Assembly: GCA_038150305.1 (NCBI GenBank)
Contig: JAYOTG010000009.1
Location: 8,479-72,478, forward strand
Length of the DNA: 64,000 bases
Direction of reading: 5' to 3'
From: Candidatus Poseidoniales archaeon
GTDB taxonomy: Archaea; Thermoplasmatota; Poseidoniia; Poseidoniales; Poseidoniaceae
The translations under genes and the position numbers were made by a program. Below are positions 53,215-62,421 of this stretch, piece by piece. Under the pieces are notes generated by a model, which did not search any database, had not been told where the DNA came from, and saw only the letters and a program-made list of their open reading frames with translations. How positions within the stretch are numbered: position 1 is the first letter of the stretch; each line of letters starts with the position of its first letter.

Positions 53215-55440
53215 TCAGCGTCGCCGTAAACGCCACGCGCCCACGGCCAACAAACCAAGCATCAACACGACGCTCATGTCGAAGGCCAAGGTCGGCACCA
53301 GAACAAGTTCCGTGGATTGCCCCCCTTGTCCTTGACCGCCACACCCTGCCGGAGGCGGCCCGATGCCAGGGCCCCAGGTCTCACCATGGCCAGCACATGG
53401 ATCGTCGCCGTTGCCGTTGCCCCCGCCACCCAGCAAGGCTTCGTCAACCACGCCTCGGTAGCAGATGAGGAAGTATGGGAAGCCCATATCACCCTCACCG
53501 TTCACCATGGTGGAGTGGTAATGGTAGATGCCGTTTGGGAAGTCCGGTGTCGGCCCAAAGTGACCGTTGCAGACGTCCAAGTCACCCAATCCTTCGACAT
53601 ACTCGTAATCGTCGATGCCGTTGTAACCGGTCTCGCCTGGCTTAAGGCGATAGGAGGAGGTCATTTCCGCCACGGTGCCGTTTCCAACGTCGCCGAATGC
53701 GCCGTAGATCGGATAACCGTCGAATGCAATGCCGATGACGTCCGACGAGGTGTTCGAGGTGTCGTTCCCCGGCCACTCGTAATCCAACCACGTTTCATTT
53801 TCCTCCGGATGCCAATGCATGCAATTTCCGTCTGCGTGGTAATGGTACGTCCCTCCAGGGCCGCTGTGGGCGTGGCAGAGACCCAACCAGATTTCTTGCC
53901 GGTCTTCTTCGTAGACGCCATGGTGATGCGCGACCGCATCTCCACCAGGGCCGTCCTCAGGTCCGTAAATGGGGACGCCATTCAGCGCAAACGCCACTTC
54001 GCCACGGTCTGGCGCACACGCGAACGCCCCGTTCGCCTCTGGACAGTTGGTGGCATCATGGCCACCTGTCGTGTCGTTCACCGGTGTTCTTGGAATCAGG
54101 ATGGTGTAGTCCTGTGCGGTGGCACAACAACCGGGACCTGATTCCAGGTCGTGGTTGGGCAGCCCGTTCATCGACAAGCTCACGTTGTCGCCGACAACGG
54201 TGACGGTCACTTCACAGACGTGGCCGTCATTTTCTGTGGTGTTGAGGTCGTCAATCCCCGTACCAGAACCGTGCTGGCAGAGGAAGACGTCCATCCAAAA
54301 TTCAGCGAGGTCGCTTGCGTCATATTGTTGACGGATTTCATCATCACAGCCGTCTGGAATCCCGTCTTCGTCCTCATCCACGGCGTCATCATGACCTTCG
54401 CACATGTCGAGATCATCGGAAACGCCGTCTCCGTCCGTGTCAGCGTGAATGTCATCATCGCAGCCGTCTGGAATCCTGTCTTCGTCTTCGTCAACGCCGT
54501 CATCATGGCCTTCGCACGTATCGAGATCGTCTGGAACGCCGTCACCGTCCGTGTCTGGGCGGGTCGCGTCGTGGACGATTCTGGTGGTTTCACCGTCCAG
54601 CAGGTCCAGACCTGACCACGGACCAACATAGACCGTCCCGTCGACGGTGATGGTGACGTTTTGTGCGTCAAGGAAGAGAGGGTCGAGCGTGGTGGAGTCA
54701 GGATACGAAATGTTCCAGACGGCAAAGAAGAGTACAGCCGTTGGCGTGAAGGATTCGTACCCTTCCACGTGCAATTTGCCGCTGGTGTCGTGGGTGTGGA
54801 GCAGGTGCATCGCACCCGGGCATGCCGTGGTGTCGATGCCGAGGTCGGATGGAATGGGAACCGCTGTGTTGTTGACGGTCAATTCCATGAACGGGTGTGT
54901 GTGCATGGCAAGGTTGGCATGGCTGTCCAAACATTGTTCCGAGCGAGGTGTTGGATCAGCCTCGTCTTCATCGCTGTCATCGCTTGTTGTTCGTGTCAGA
55001 ACGAGCGGTTCAGACGTGGTGTTTGCACCGACATCTGTTGCAACGATATGCAGGCTTTCCCAAGGTGTGCCGTCGGTCAAGTTGGGGCTGACCTCCACGC
55101 GCCACGCACCACCATCCTCGATGTCCGTACTTTCGAGCACGGCCACGCTCTCCGAAGCATCTTCCGCCATTGCGGTGACCGTAACTCGAACCAAGTCTGG
55201 GTAGGCGTGGGCGACGCCGCCAAGCACACTCCAGGACCCGTTCTCTTGCTCCTCAAGCAATGCGACCACGATTGGTGCTCCGTGGTCATGGCTGCTGTGG
55301 TCATGGGCCTCGTCGTTTACGTCGTCAACAGGTTCATGCACCTCGTTTTCATCGGTGTTCATGGTGATGATACCAAGGCTTGCGACGAGCAGTGCAATAA
55401 GAATGGCCGCCGTGATTTTTGGTCGAGGATCGGAGGGCAT
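53215..55440 (-). CDS. Secreted YHYH-domain protein with His-rich N-region, tandem acidic Cys-containing TSP3-like repeats and a C-terminal TM + RRR sorting-type signal
   Basis: Signal anchor ITAAILIALLVASLGII. HDHSSHDH stretch. HTHPF...LLHTHDTSGKLHVE module. Two copies of DTDGDGV-DDLD-CEGHDD-VDEDED-IPDGCDD. GGTYHYHADG and GIYHYHS motifs. C-terminus LVPTLAFDMSVVLMLGLLAVGAWRLRRR. Confidence 0.75.
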   Translation of the reverse strand: MPSDPRPKITAAILIALLVASLGIITMNTDENEVHEPVDDVNDEAHDHSSHDHGAPIVVALLEEQENGSWSVLGGVAHAYPDLVRVTVTAMAEDASESVAVLESTDIEDGGAWRVEVSPNLTDGTPWESLHIVATDVGANTTSEPLVLTRTTSDDSDEDEADPTPRSEQCLDSHANLAMHTHPFMELTVNNTAVPIPSDLGIDTTACPGAMHLLHTHDTSGKLHVEGYESFTPTAVLFFAVWNISYPDSTTLDPLFLDAQNVTITVDGTVYVGPWSGLDLLDGETTRIVHDATRPDTDGDGVPDDLDTCEGHDDGVDEDEDRIPDGCDDDIHADTDGDGVSDDLDMCEGHDDAVDEDEDGIPDGCDDEIRQQYDASDLAEFWMDVFLCQHGSGTGIDDLNTTENDGHVCEVTVTVVGDNVSLSMNGLPNHDLESGPGCCATAQDYTILIPRTPVNDTTGGHDATNCPEANGAFACAPDRGEVAFALNGVPIYGPEDGPGGDAVAHHHGVYEEDRQEIWLGLCHAHSGPGGTYHYHADGNCMHWHPEENETWLDYEWPGNDTSNTSSDVIGIAFDGYPIYGAFGDVGNGTVAEMTSSYRLKPGETGYNGIDDYEYVEGLGDLDVCNGHFGPTPDFPNGIYHYHSTMVNGEGDMGFPYFLICYRGVVDEALLGGGGNGNGDDPCAGHGETWGPGIGPPPAGCGGQGQGGQSTELVLVPTLAFDMSVVLMLGLLAVGAWRLRRR
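54328..54555 (-). repeat. Intragenic tandem duplication, 2 x 114 bp (2 x 38 aa)
   Basis: Units 54328-54441 and 54442-54555 are near-identical at the DNA level and encode DTDGDGV(P/S)DDLD(T/M)CEGHDD(G/A)VDEDED(R/G)IPDGCDD(D/E)I. Confidence 0.85.
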
Positions 55441-55466
55441 ATGTGCTTCGATGCATTGAGTTCATC

Positions 55467-55476
55467 TAAATTTAAT
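55467..55476 (-). promoter_or_regulatory. TATA-like box for the YHYH-protein gene (probably leaderless mRNA)
   Basis: The - strand reads ATTAAATTTA, 27-36 nt upstream of ATG 55440. No Shine-Dalgarno lies in between. It sits in the only clearly AT-enriched spacer I noticed in the window. Confidence 0.45.
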
Positions 55477-55551
55477 CGGATGTGGTGTACGTTCAAGGCT
55501 TCAGTCTTTACAGCATTCACTGAACCACGTTCACTGGATGCAGACGGGCAT

Positions 55552-55569
55552 CAGCATCCTGGGATGCTG
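55552..55569 (-). terminator. Hairpin immediately downstream of the proS stop
   Basis: CAGCATCC-tg-GGATGCTG is a perfect 8-bp inverted repeat ending 2 nt from the proS stop codon (55571-55573). Confidence 0.3.
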
Positions 55570-55570
55570 C

Positions 55571-57088
55571 TCAGTACGATCGAGACATCAGGACGCGGCG
55601 CGTCGTTGGCTCACCCGTGGCATGGCACGGGCGCGGTTCGGGGTACGGCTCCGTGGCATCGCCAAGGAAGCCCATGCCCGTGGCGCGTTCAAGTCGCTCA
55701 GCATCGGCGTCGCTGCCGTCGAAGGCCAACTCGTAGATGCGTCCTTCCTCAACAGGCGATTCAAGACCGGATTCACCCCACGCAGGGAGGGGCTTCACGA
55801 CGTCGTCCACGTGGGCGTGAGCGCGCGTTCGCAGTTCTTGAGCGATCTCGTCTAGGGTGGTTCGGACGCCGCTTTCCAGTTCGTCCATTGAGATCGGTGC
55901 TTTGCCGCCCGTGCGTCGTGCAGCGAAGACGCTGCCTTGTTCCACATCGCGTGGCCCAACCTCAAGCCGGAGCGGGACGCCCTTGATCTCCCAATCGTAG
56001 TACTTCTGACCGGGGTGGAGGTCACGGTCGTCAACCTTGACGCGGAATCCGGCGTTTCGCAAGCGGTCGGCCACCTCGTGAGCCACCGCCACCGTGTCCA
56101 CGGTGGCGTTCTTGCGCACCAAGGGGCAGATGACCACCTGAATCGGTGCGATCGCGGGTGGCATGATCAACCCAGAATCGTCGCCGTGCATACCGACCAC
56201 GGCGCCCAGAAGCCGCTCGGACATACCGTAGGTGGTCTGGTGCACGTGGGCTTGTGTGGCGTCTTTCGTCTCGTACGTGATGTCGAAGGCTTTGGCCCAC
56301 TGGTCACGGTAGTGATGGCACGAAGCAACTTGGAGCGTTCGGCCGTTGGGCATGATGGCGTCGATGCCAATGGTGTACCACGCGCCAGGGAAGGTGTCCC
56401 ACACCGGGCGCTTTGCTTTGAGGACCGGCAGGCAGAGGTGATGCATGAGCCGATCGACGATGTCCAAATCTTGCTCGATTTGCCGCGAGGCGTCGTCCTC
56501 GTCAATGTGGGCCGTGTGCGCTTCGAAGAAGTGGATTTCGCGCACCCGAATGAAGGAGCGTGTTTGCTTGGTCTCGTAGCGGAATGTGTTGACCATCTGA
56601 TAGACCTTCAACGGCAGGTCAGCGTGCGAGCGGATCCACAAGGGGAACATGGTGTACATGGCCGTTTCAGAGGTCGGGCGCAGGAACATGGGCACGTCGA
56701 GTTCGTTTTCTCCGGCGTGCTTGACCCAGTAGACCTCTTTCTTGAATCCGGCTTCCTCTTCCTCATCCCGCAGTTCATCAGGGTCCACGCCTTCTTCGCG
56801 AGCACGCTTCAGGCGCGCCACGAGCGCGTTTTCCTTTTCGAGCAGGACTTCTGGAATCAAGAGCGGGAAGTTCACCTCGTCGTGGTCCGTGCGCTCCATT
56901 TCTGTGTGGGTCAGCTGGTCGATGAGACGCATGGTCTTCCAGCCGTACGGGCGCCAGACGTCCATGCCCTTGATTGGGTAGCGCTTGTCGACCAACTCGG
57001 CCGCTTCGACGATGAAGGGGTACCATTCCGTGAAGGCCTCAGCTTTGGAAGGAATCCCTCGATTGGCCTTGGCGACCTTCTTGCCCAT
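55571..57088 (-). CDS. proS: Prolyl-tRNA synthetase (archaeal/eukaryotic type)
   Basis: F-EWYPFIVEAAELVD, RPTSET, FRYE and the remaining class II motifs. Archaeal-type C-terminal domain. Confidence 0.9.
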   Translation of the reverse strand: MGKKVAKANRGIPSKAEAFTEWYPFIVEAAELVDKRYPIKGMDVWRPYGWKTMRLIDQLTHTEMERTDHDEVNFPLLIPEVLLEKENALVARLKRAREEGVDPDELRDEEEEAGFKKEVYWVKHAGENELDVPMFLRPTSETAMYTMFPLWIRSHADLPLKVYQMVNTFRYETKQTRSFIRVREIHFFEAHTAHIDEDDASRQIEQDLDIVDRLMHHLCLPVLKAKRPVWDTFPGAWYTIGIDAIMPNGRTLQVASCHHYRDQWAKAFDITYETKDATQAHVHQTTYGMSERLLGAVVGMHGDDSGLIMPPAIAPIQVVICPLVRKNATVDTVAVAHEVADRLRNAGFRVKVDDRDLHPGQKYYDWEIKGVPLRLEVGPRDVEQGSVFAARRTGGKAPISMDELESGVRTTLDEIAQELRTRAHAHVDDVVKPLPAWGESGLESPVEEGRIYELAFDGSDADAERLERATGMGFLGDATEPYPEPRPCHATGEPTTRRVLMSRSY

Positions 57089-57127
57089 GTTGCATGGCCA
57101 GCGGTGGCAGACATCAAGATGACGGCT

Positions 57128-57697
57128 TCAGCGCTTCCGGAATCCGAAGAGCATGAGCAAAGCACTCGCGCCGGTCGCCACCATGTCAGGAATGCCCCAG
57201 ACACCAACGGGCCCCCATGCGATGTGTTCAGCGGTGCGGTAGGCGTCAAACCAGTTGAGTTTGAGGGATTGCCCACACGTGACGTGGACCGATGGATCGC
57301 AGGTTGGAATGAATGCTCCCAGTCCGAGGAAGACGTTCACAAGGGCAGCAGCCACTCCGAGCGTTCCGATGAGGATCAAACCCTTTCGAGGGCGCTTGAC
57401 TGCAACGGGTGTCTCCAACGGCGGGATGACGGCTGCAGGTGGCGCATCCAAGGAAGGCAGGGGCGCGCCACCACCGGGAATGATTTCGACCAACATCTCG
57501 GGTTGGGCGGGTGTTGGTGCTCCAGGTTCTTGCCCCATGGCGGCGGCGTCGCGAGGCTTGACGGGGCGGACGGCAGGGTCGACCTTGACGCCGAACACGC
57601 GGTCGGCGATGCTGGCCATGACGCGGTCGCCCGCCAACTCACCGGCGTCAATCTCGCCGTCGAGCAGACGGCGGAGTTGGTCGTCCGGCAGGGTCAT
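57128..57697 (-). CDS. Hypothetical protein with Pro-rich linker and C-terminal membrane helices
   Basis: Lies between tal and proS on the same strand. GTG at 57754 (GTGA overlap with the tal stop) is an alternative start. Confidence 0.45.
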   Translation of the reverse strand: MTLPDDQLRRLLDGEIDAGELAGDRVMASIADRVFGVKVDPAVRPVKPRDAAAMGQEPGAPTPAQPEMLVEIIPGGGAPLPSLDAPPAAVIPPLETPVAVKRPRKGLILIGTLGVAAALVNVFLGLGAFIPTCDPSVHVTCGQSLKLNWFDAYRTAEHIAWGPVGVWGIPDMVATGASALLMLFGFRKR

Positions 57698-57750
57698 GCG
57701 GTCACCGGTCCGGCGTCGAATGCCTCCTTGATGAAGGCTCCCACGTTCAA

Positions 57751-58410
57751 TCACGCGTTGCCTTTGGCTTCGACTTCAGCCCAGTCGCGCATGAAGCCTT
57801 CCAATCCACGGTCCGTGAGGGGGTGGCTCATCAGTTGACGGAAGGTCTTGGCCGGCATGGTGGCCGTGTGCGCGCCCAGCTGGATGCATTGCAGCACGTG
57901 CGTGGGGTGACGCACGGAGGCAGCGAGGACCTTGGTGTCCAGGTCGTAGTTCGCCCAGGTGTTCATGATCTCAGCGATGAGTTCCATCCCGTCGTGGCCC
58001 GTGTCATCGATTCGACCAATGAAAGGAGACACATAGGTCGCGCCTGCCTTTGCGGCCATCAGCGCTTGTGATGCCGAGAAGATGAGCGTCACATTGGTCT
58101 TGATGCCGTCCTCGGTCAGGATTTTGGTGGCCGCCAGACCTTCCGGCGTGCACGGAATTTTGATGATGACGTTCTCGGGGAGTTCCGCCTTCAGCGCCCT
58201 GCCTTGCTCGACCATTCCGGCGGTGTCCATCGCGGTGACTTCCGCTGAAATCGGTCCGGAGCAAATGCCCGCGATTTCGCGGACGACCTCTCGGAAGTCC
58301 CGACCGCTCTTCTTGATGAGCGAAGGGTTGGTGGTCACGCCGTCAAGGATGCCCCATGCGGCAATCTCTCGAATCTCGTCAACGTCGGCCGTGTCCAGAA
58401 AGAACTCCAT
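57751..58410 (-). CDS. tal: Transaldolase / fructose-6-phosphate aldolase family (short TalC/Fsa type)
   Basis: [27 protein letters not shown] and [20 protein letters not shown] (Schiff-base Lys context). Confidence 0.85.
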   Translation of the reverse strand: MEFFLDTADVDEIREIAAWGILDGVTTNPSLIKKSGRDFREVVREIAGICSGPISAEVTAMDTAGMVEQGRALKAELPENVIIKIPCTPEGLAATKILTEDGIKTNVTLIFSASQALMAAKAGATYVSPFIGRIDDTGHDGMELIAEIMNTWANYDLDTKVLAASVRHPTHVLQCIQLGAHTATMPAKTFRQLMSHPLTDRGLEGFMRDWAEVEAKGNA

Positions 58411-58452
58411 GCGCGTAAGGCGCTGAGGACGTTCCTTGAATCTTGGGGGGTC

Positions 58453-59388
58453 TCACTTTCGGCCAATGGCGCGGTGAGCTGCCGCAGCAACGTCAGGTGC
58501 GGTCAGGCCCATCATCTCCAACATCTCCTCGGCCTGAGCCGATTCACCGAAGCGGTCCTGAACACCAACCCGCTCGAGAGGAACCGGTCGCGTTGAGATG
58601 AGGTGCTCTGCCACCGCACCGCCGAGGCCGCCGATGATCGAATGATCCTCAGCGGTCACCATGCATCCGGTGCTCGCTGCGAGACGGTCGAGGAGATCGG
58701 TGTCCAGCGGCTTCAGCGTGTGCATGTCCACCACGGTCGCTTCGATCCCGTCCGCGCGAAGAAGTTCGGCTGCCTCGAGGGATCGCGAGACCATCACGCC
58801 GCAGGCCACGATGGTGACGTCCGTCCCGTCGCCGTGAACGATGCCACGGCCGATCTGGACCTCGGCCTCTCGGCCGTCGTACAGCACAGGCGTCTTGTTG
58901 CGCGCCGTGCGGGTGTAGGACGGCTTCCCGTGTTCGACCAGTTGCTTGGTCAGGAGTTTTGTCGACACGTCGTCCGCGGGATGCATGACGGTCACGTTGG
59001 GCAGCGTTCGGTAGATGGCCAGGTCTTCAATGGATTGAGCAGACGAACCGTCCGTTCCCGTGTGGGTTCCACCGTGCGAACCGCAGAGGTGCACCGCAAG
59101 GTTTGGTCGAGCCACGCCGTTTCGCATCTGTTCAAAGGCGCGCTCCGTGAAGATGGCAAAGGTGCTGGCGAAGGGCACGAACCCAGACGACGCCATTCCT
59201 GCTGCGGTCAGCAGCATGTTTTGCTCGCCAATCCCACAGGAGATGGTTCGCTTGGGGTGGGCCTTGCGGAAGAGTTGAGATTTGGTGGACTTGCCCAAGT
59301 CGGCTTCGAGGACGACCACCTTGTCGTTGCCTGCAAGCTCCATCAGAGCGGCACCGTAGCCGTCCCGCGTCGCGGCCATTCGCGTCAA
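58453..59388 (-). CDS. Transketolase, C-terminal (pyrimidine-binding) subunit
   Basis: TRDGYG-AL, GIGEQNM, STFA-F and CGSHGG-HTG-DG-SAQS motifs. Confidence 0.9.
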   Translation of the reverse strand: MTRMAATRDGYGAALMELAGNDKVVVLEADLGKSTKSQLFRKAHPKRTISCGIGEQNMLLTAAGMASSGFVPFASTFAIFTERAFEQMRNGVARPNLAVHLCGSHGGTHTGTDGSSAQSIEDLAIYRTLPNVTVMHPADDVSTKLLTKQLVEHGKPSYTRTARNKTPVLYDGREAEVQIGRGIVHGDGTDVTIVACGVMVSRSLEAAELLRADGIEATVVDMHTLKPLDTDLLDRLAASTGCMVTAEDHSIIGGLGGAVAEHLISTRPVPLERVGVQDRFGESAQAEEMLEMMGLTAPDVAAAAHRAIGRK

Positions 59389-60212
59389 GCGGTCACCTCC
59401 CCGAGTTCAACCATGGCTTGAGCAAATTGCTCGTCGTTCGGGGCCGCACCATGGAAGGACGGGTTGTCCTCCATGTAGGAAACGCCCTTGCCCTTGACGG
59501 TGTGCGCGAGGAGCACGGCTGGGCCTTTGTCGTACGATGCAACCGCCATCAAGGCACCAACGACGGCGCTCATGTCGTGCCCGTCCACGATGAAGACCTC
59601 CCAACCGAAGGAAGCCCACATCGCTTCGAGGTCGTGCACCTCCATTTGCTCGACGCAGAAGTCGTCGTTCTGAATGCGGTTCACGTCCACGATCGCCTTG
59701 AGGTTGCCAACGTTGTGGTGCTTTGCCGCCATTGCGGCTTCCCAGACGCTGCCTTCCTGCACTTCACCATCACCGAGCATCACCCATGCCTGACGGTTGG
59801 AGCCGTCCAAGCGAGCGGCCAGTGCGCAACCAAGGCCAAATGAGAGTCCCATGCCGAGGGAACCTGCAGAAAAGTCGACGCCAGGGCACCACTTCATGTC
59901 CACGTGACCTTGGCAGACGCCGCCTTTGACGCGGTAGGTCTCAAGATCGGCGTGCGAAATGAAACCGTGCTCGGCCAAGATGGCGTACATTCCCGGGGAC
60001 GCATGGCCTTTGGAGAGGATGAAACGATCTCGGTCTGACCAATCAGGGTCATCGGGTCGCACGTTGAGGATGCCACCGTAGAGGGCGACGAGCAGGTCAA
60101 TTTCTGAGAGGGACCCACCGGGGTGGCCCGCTTGAGCGCGGTGCACCATCTTCACGATTTCGACGCGGCAGCGACGGGCTTGCTCTTCGAGATGTTCAAT
60201 GTCCGCGGCCAT
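59385..60212 (-). CDS. Transketolase, N-terminal (TPP-binding) subunit
   Basis: GHPGGSLS, D-FILSKGHA and LGDGE-QEGS-WEA motifs. A 4-nt overlap with the C-terminal subunit gene. Confidence 0.9.
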   Translation of the reverse strand: MAADIEHLEEQARRCRVEIVKMVHRAQAGHPGGSLSEIDLLVALYGGILNVRPDDPDWSDRDRFILSKGHASPGMYAILAEHGFISHADLETYRVKGGVCQGHVDMKWCPGVDFSAGSLGMGLSFGLGCALAARLDGSNRQAWVMLGDGEVQEGSVWEAAMAAKHHNVGNLKAIVDVNRIQNDDFCVEQMEVHDLEAMWASFGWEVFIVDGHDMSAVVGALMAVASYDKGPAVLLAHTVKGKGVSYMEDNPSFHGAAPNDEQFAQAMVELGEVTA

Positions 60213-60259
60213 GAAGGTCAATGCTCTGAAGTGGGCCTTTCATCCTTTCACATTCGACC

Positions 60260-62314
60260 TCAGGGCTCTGCTGCCTGCAGTGCCTTTGGAATCAAGCGTC
60301 CAACGGCCCGCCGTGCGGCGTTCGTCATGACACCAATCACCATCACTGGCGTGATGCCTTTGGGCATGGTTTGCGCCACCAAGGCCACGAACACCGCAAC
60401 GAACCAGAAGAAGAACAGGAGCGAGGGGAGGTCGCTTAGGGCCGTGATGCCAAACATGGCCGACAAATCCACATCGAGGACGATGAGCACGGCCAGAAGC
60501 ACCCCGAGGAGCGATTCCCCAGCGATGTAACCCGCGCCAATCAAAACACCCCGTGCTTGCATCGCGTCCACGGTTTTTGTCGCTTCTTTGGACGGTGCTT
60601 CCGAAATTTCTCCGTCGATGCGCTTGACGATGACCGCTCCCATCGTGGCCGCAATGATGCCGCCGAGCATGATGGGTACGGACAGCTTCAACGGGAGGTA
60701 GAGCCCGATGGCCACGGACATCACGGGCATCTTGAGTCGAATCAGAGCGATCGCGAACAACACACCGAGCATGACCATCTGGATGTTGATCGATCCACCG
60801 AAGGCGCCTTCGGCGATGGCGCCTATGAGTTCTGCCTGTGGTGCGAACAAGGCCCTTGAGCAGGTGGGGTCACTGGGCAAGGGATTGTCGAGGCAGGCCG
60901 TGGCGGAAATTCGGAAGGCGTTATGGAGGAGGCTCAGCACAGGGCCAATGACAAGCGCACCGACGGTCACGCCAACCACTTCGGCCGTTTGCTGGCGCCA
61001 AGGTGTTGCTCCAACCATGTTTCCTGTCTTCAGGTCCTGCATGACGTCGCCTGCAATGGCGCTTGAGGACGCGACCACCGCAGCGATGAGCAACGTGGCG
61101 AGGATGAGTTCCTCCGTGGCCAGGTTGAGGATGAGGTCACCCACCACCCAGACGAGCAGGACGGTGAACAGCATGGTGGCGATGGTCATGCCCGACACCG
61201 GTGAGTTCGATGAACCAACCACGCCGGCAATGTAGCCAGCAACCGCGCTGAAAAAGAAGGCAACGAGGGCGAGGAAGAGTGCTCCGGCGAGCGCGAGCAC
61301 GAGGGATCCCGTCGTGCTCCAGTAGAACAGGAAGGTCAGCACCACCAAACCCGCAACCACCATGGCAACATAGCGCAGAGGGATGTCCTGCTCCGTTCGG
61401 AGCAGACGTTCTGCTTCTCCATCGGTGGCCTTGAACGCACCAGACAATCCGTCCATGATGGTCTTCCGCATCGTCCAGAGGGTGTGGACGCCACCGACCA
61501 CCATGGCACCAACGCCGATGTAACGGATCTGACTCAGGAAAATCGACGTGAAACCCGCGGCCAAATCGCCTTCTGGCCACCCGTGAACAAAGCCGTAGAT
61601 TGGCGTGAGGATTCCGAATCCAATGACACCCCCGAGGAAAATGAACGACGCGATGCGAAGGCCGACGATGAAACCGACTGAAAAGAGCGCGACGGAGAGG
61701 TCAACACCCGCATACAGTCGAGTGCCGAGGAATTCGACCGCTCCTTCGACGGCGTGGTGCACAGCGGCCATGACTTTGACCACAAAGCCGTACAGGGCGC
61801 CAATGCCAAGGGCATACAGGATGGCGACCATGCCGTCGCCGCCTTCTTCACCCGCGACCAACACTTCCCTGCACGCCACGCCTTCTGGATACGGCAGGGC
61901 TTCTTCGACGATGAACAATCGACGCAAAGCGATGGTGAACATGGTGCCAAGCCATCCTCCCAACAAGGCAATGGCGAGGGTGATGCCCCAATTGATGTCG
62001 GTCCAAAGCCCGACGACGAGGAAGGCTGGAACGGTGAAAATCACCCCAGCGGCGAGGCTTTCACCCGCGCTGGCCATGGTCTGCACGCTGTTGTTTTCGA
62101 GAATGGTGACGTCGTTGAACATCAGGCGGAGGATGATCATCGACATAACAGCCGCAGGAATGCTGGCTGAGACCGTCATCCCTGCATACAAGCCAAGGTA
62201 CGCGTTTGCGGCGGTCATCAGAACGCCGAGCACAATCCCAACACCGAGCACACGCACGGTAAGTTCTGGGACGGTCACGTCAGGAGAGATGAAGGGGTCC
62301 TCCGTGGCGCTCAC
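60260..62314 (-). CDS. OPT-family oligopeptide transporter
   Basis: 684 aa with at least 14 hydrophobic helices. The N-terminal ELTVR-LGVGIVLGVLMTAANAYLGLYAGMTVSASIPAAV is typical of the bacterial/archaeal OPT clade. Confidence 0.8.
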   Translation of the reverse strand: MSATEDPFISPDVTVPELTVRVLGVGIVLGVLMTAANAYLGLYAGMTVSASIPAAVMSMIILRLMFNDVTILENNSVQTMASAGESLAAGVIFTVPAFLVVGLWTDINWGITLAIALLGGWLGTMFTIALRRLFIVEEALPYPEGVACREVLVAGEEGGDGMVAILYALGIGALYGFVVKVMAAVHHAVEGAVEFLGTRLYAGVDLSVALFSVGFIVGLRIASFIFLGGVIGFGILTPIYGFVHGWPEGDLAAGFTSIFLSQIRYIGVGAMVVGGVHTLWTMRKTIMDGLSGAFKATDGEAERLLRTEQDIPLRYVAMVVAGLVVLTFLFYWSTTGSLVLALAGALFLALVAFFFSAVAGYIAGVVGSSNSPVSGMTIATMLFTVLLVWVVGDLILNLATEELILATLLIAAVVASSSAIAGDVMQDLKTGNMVGATPWRQQTAEVVGVTVGALVIGPVLSLLHNAFRISATACLDNPLPSDPTCSRALFAPQAELIGAIAEGAFGGSINIQMVMLGVLFAIALIRLKMPVMSVAIGLYLPLKLSVPIMLGGIIAATMGAVIVKRIDGEISEAPSKEATKTVDAMQARGVLIGAGYIAGESLLGVLLAVLIVLDVDLSAMFGITALSDLPSLLFFFWFVAVFVALVAQTMPKGITPVMVIGVMTNAARRAVGRLIPKALQAAEP

Positions 62315-62421
62315 GCCACTCCGAACCCGCCTTTCTTCGTGAAAGCATCGGCGTGGAATCGAACCACCATCTTCATTGGATGGACGTTTCGTGGCTTGTT
62401 AACATGGGTCTTCCTGACCAG

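Noticed and set aside
54328-54555. Regularly repeated DNA that might have been a CRISPR-like or satellite array
   Set aside because: There are only two directly abutting 114-bp units with no spacers. They lie in frame inside a CDS and encode a duplicated acidic repeat. The other repeated GAC-GGC-GAC motifs in the window are TSP3-type codon repeats.
55441-55570. Possible tRNA or small ncRNA in the largest intergenic spacer
   Set aside because: I could not fold a cloverleaf and found no GTTCRANNC-type T-loop or C/D-box (RUGAUGA...CUGA) pairs. The promoter and terminator explanation suffices. All other spacers are too short for a tRNA.
55937-57838. 633-aa plus-strand ORF across proS and the downstream hypothetical gene
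   Set aside because: It is antisense to a well-supported ProRS and has no recognisable motifs.
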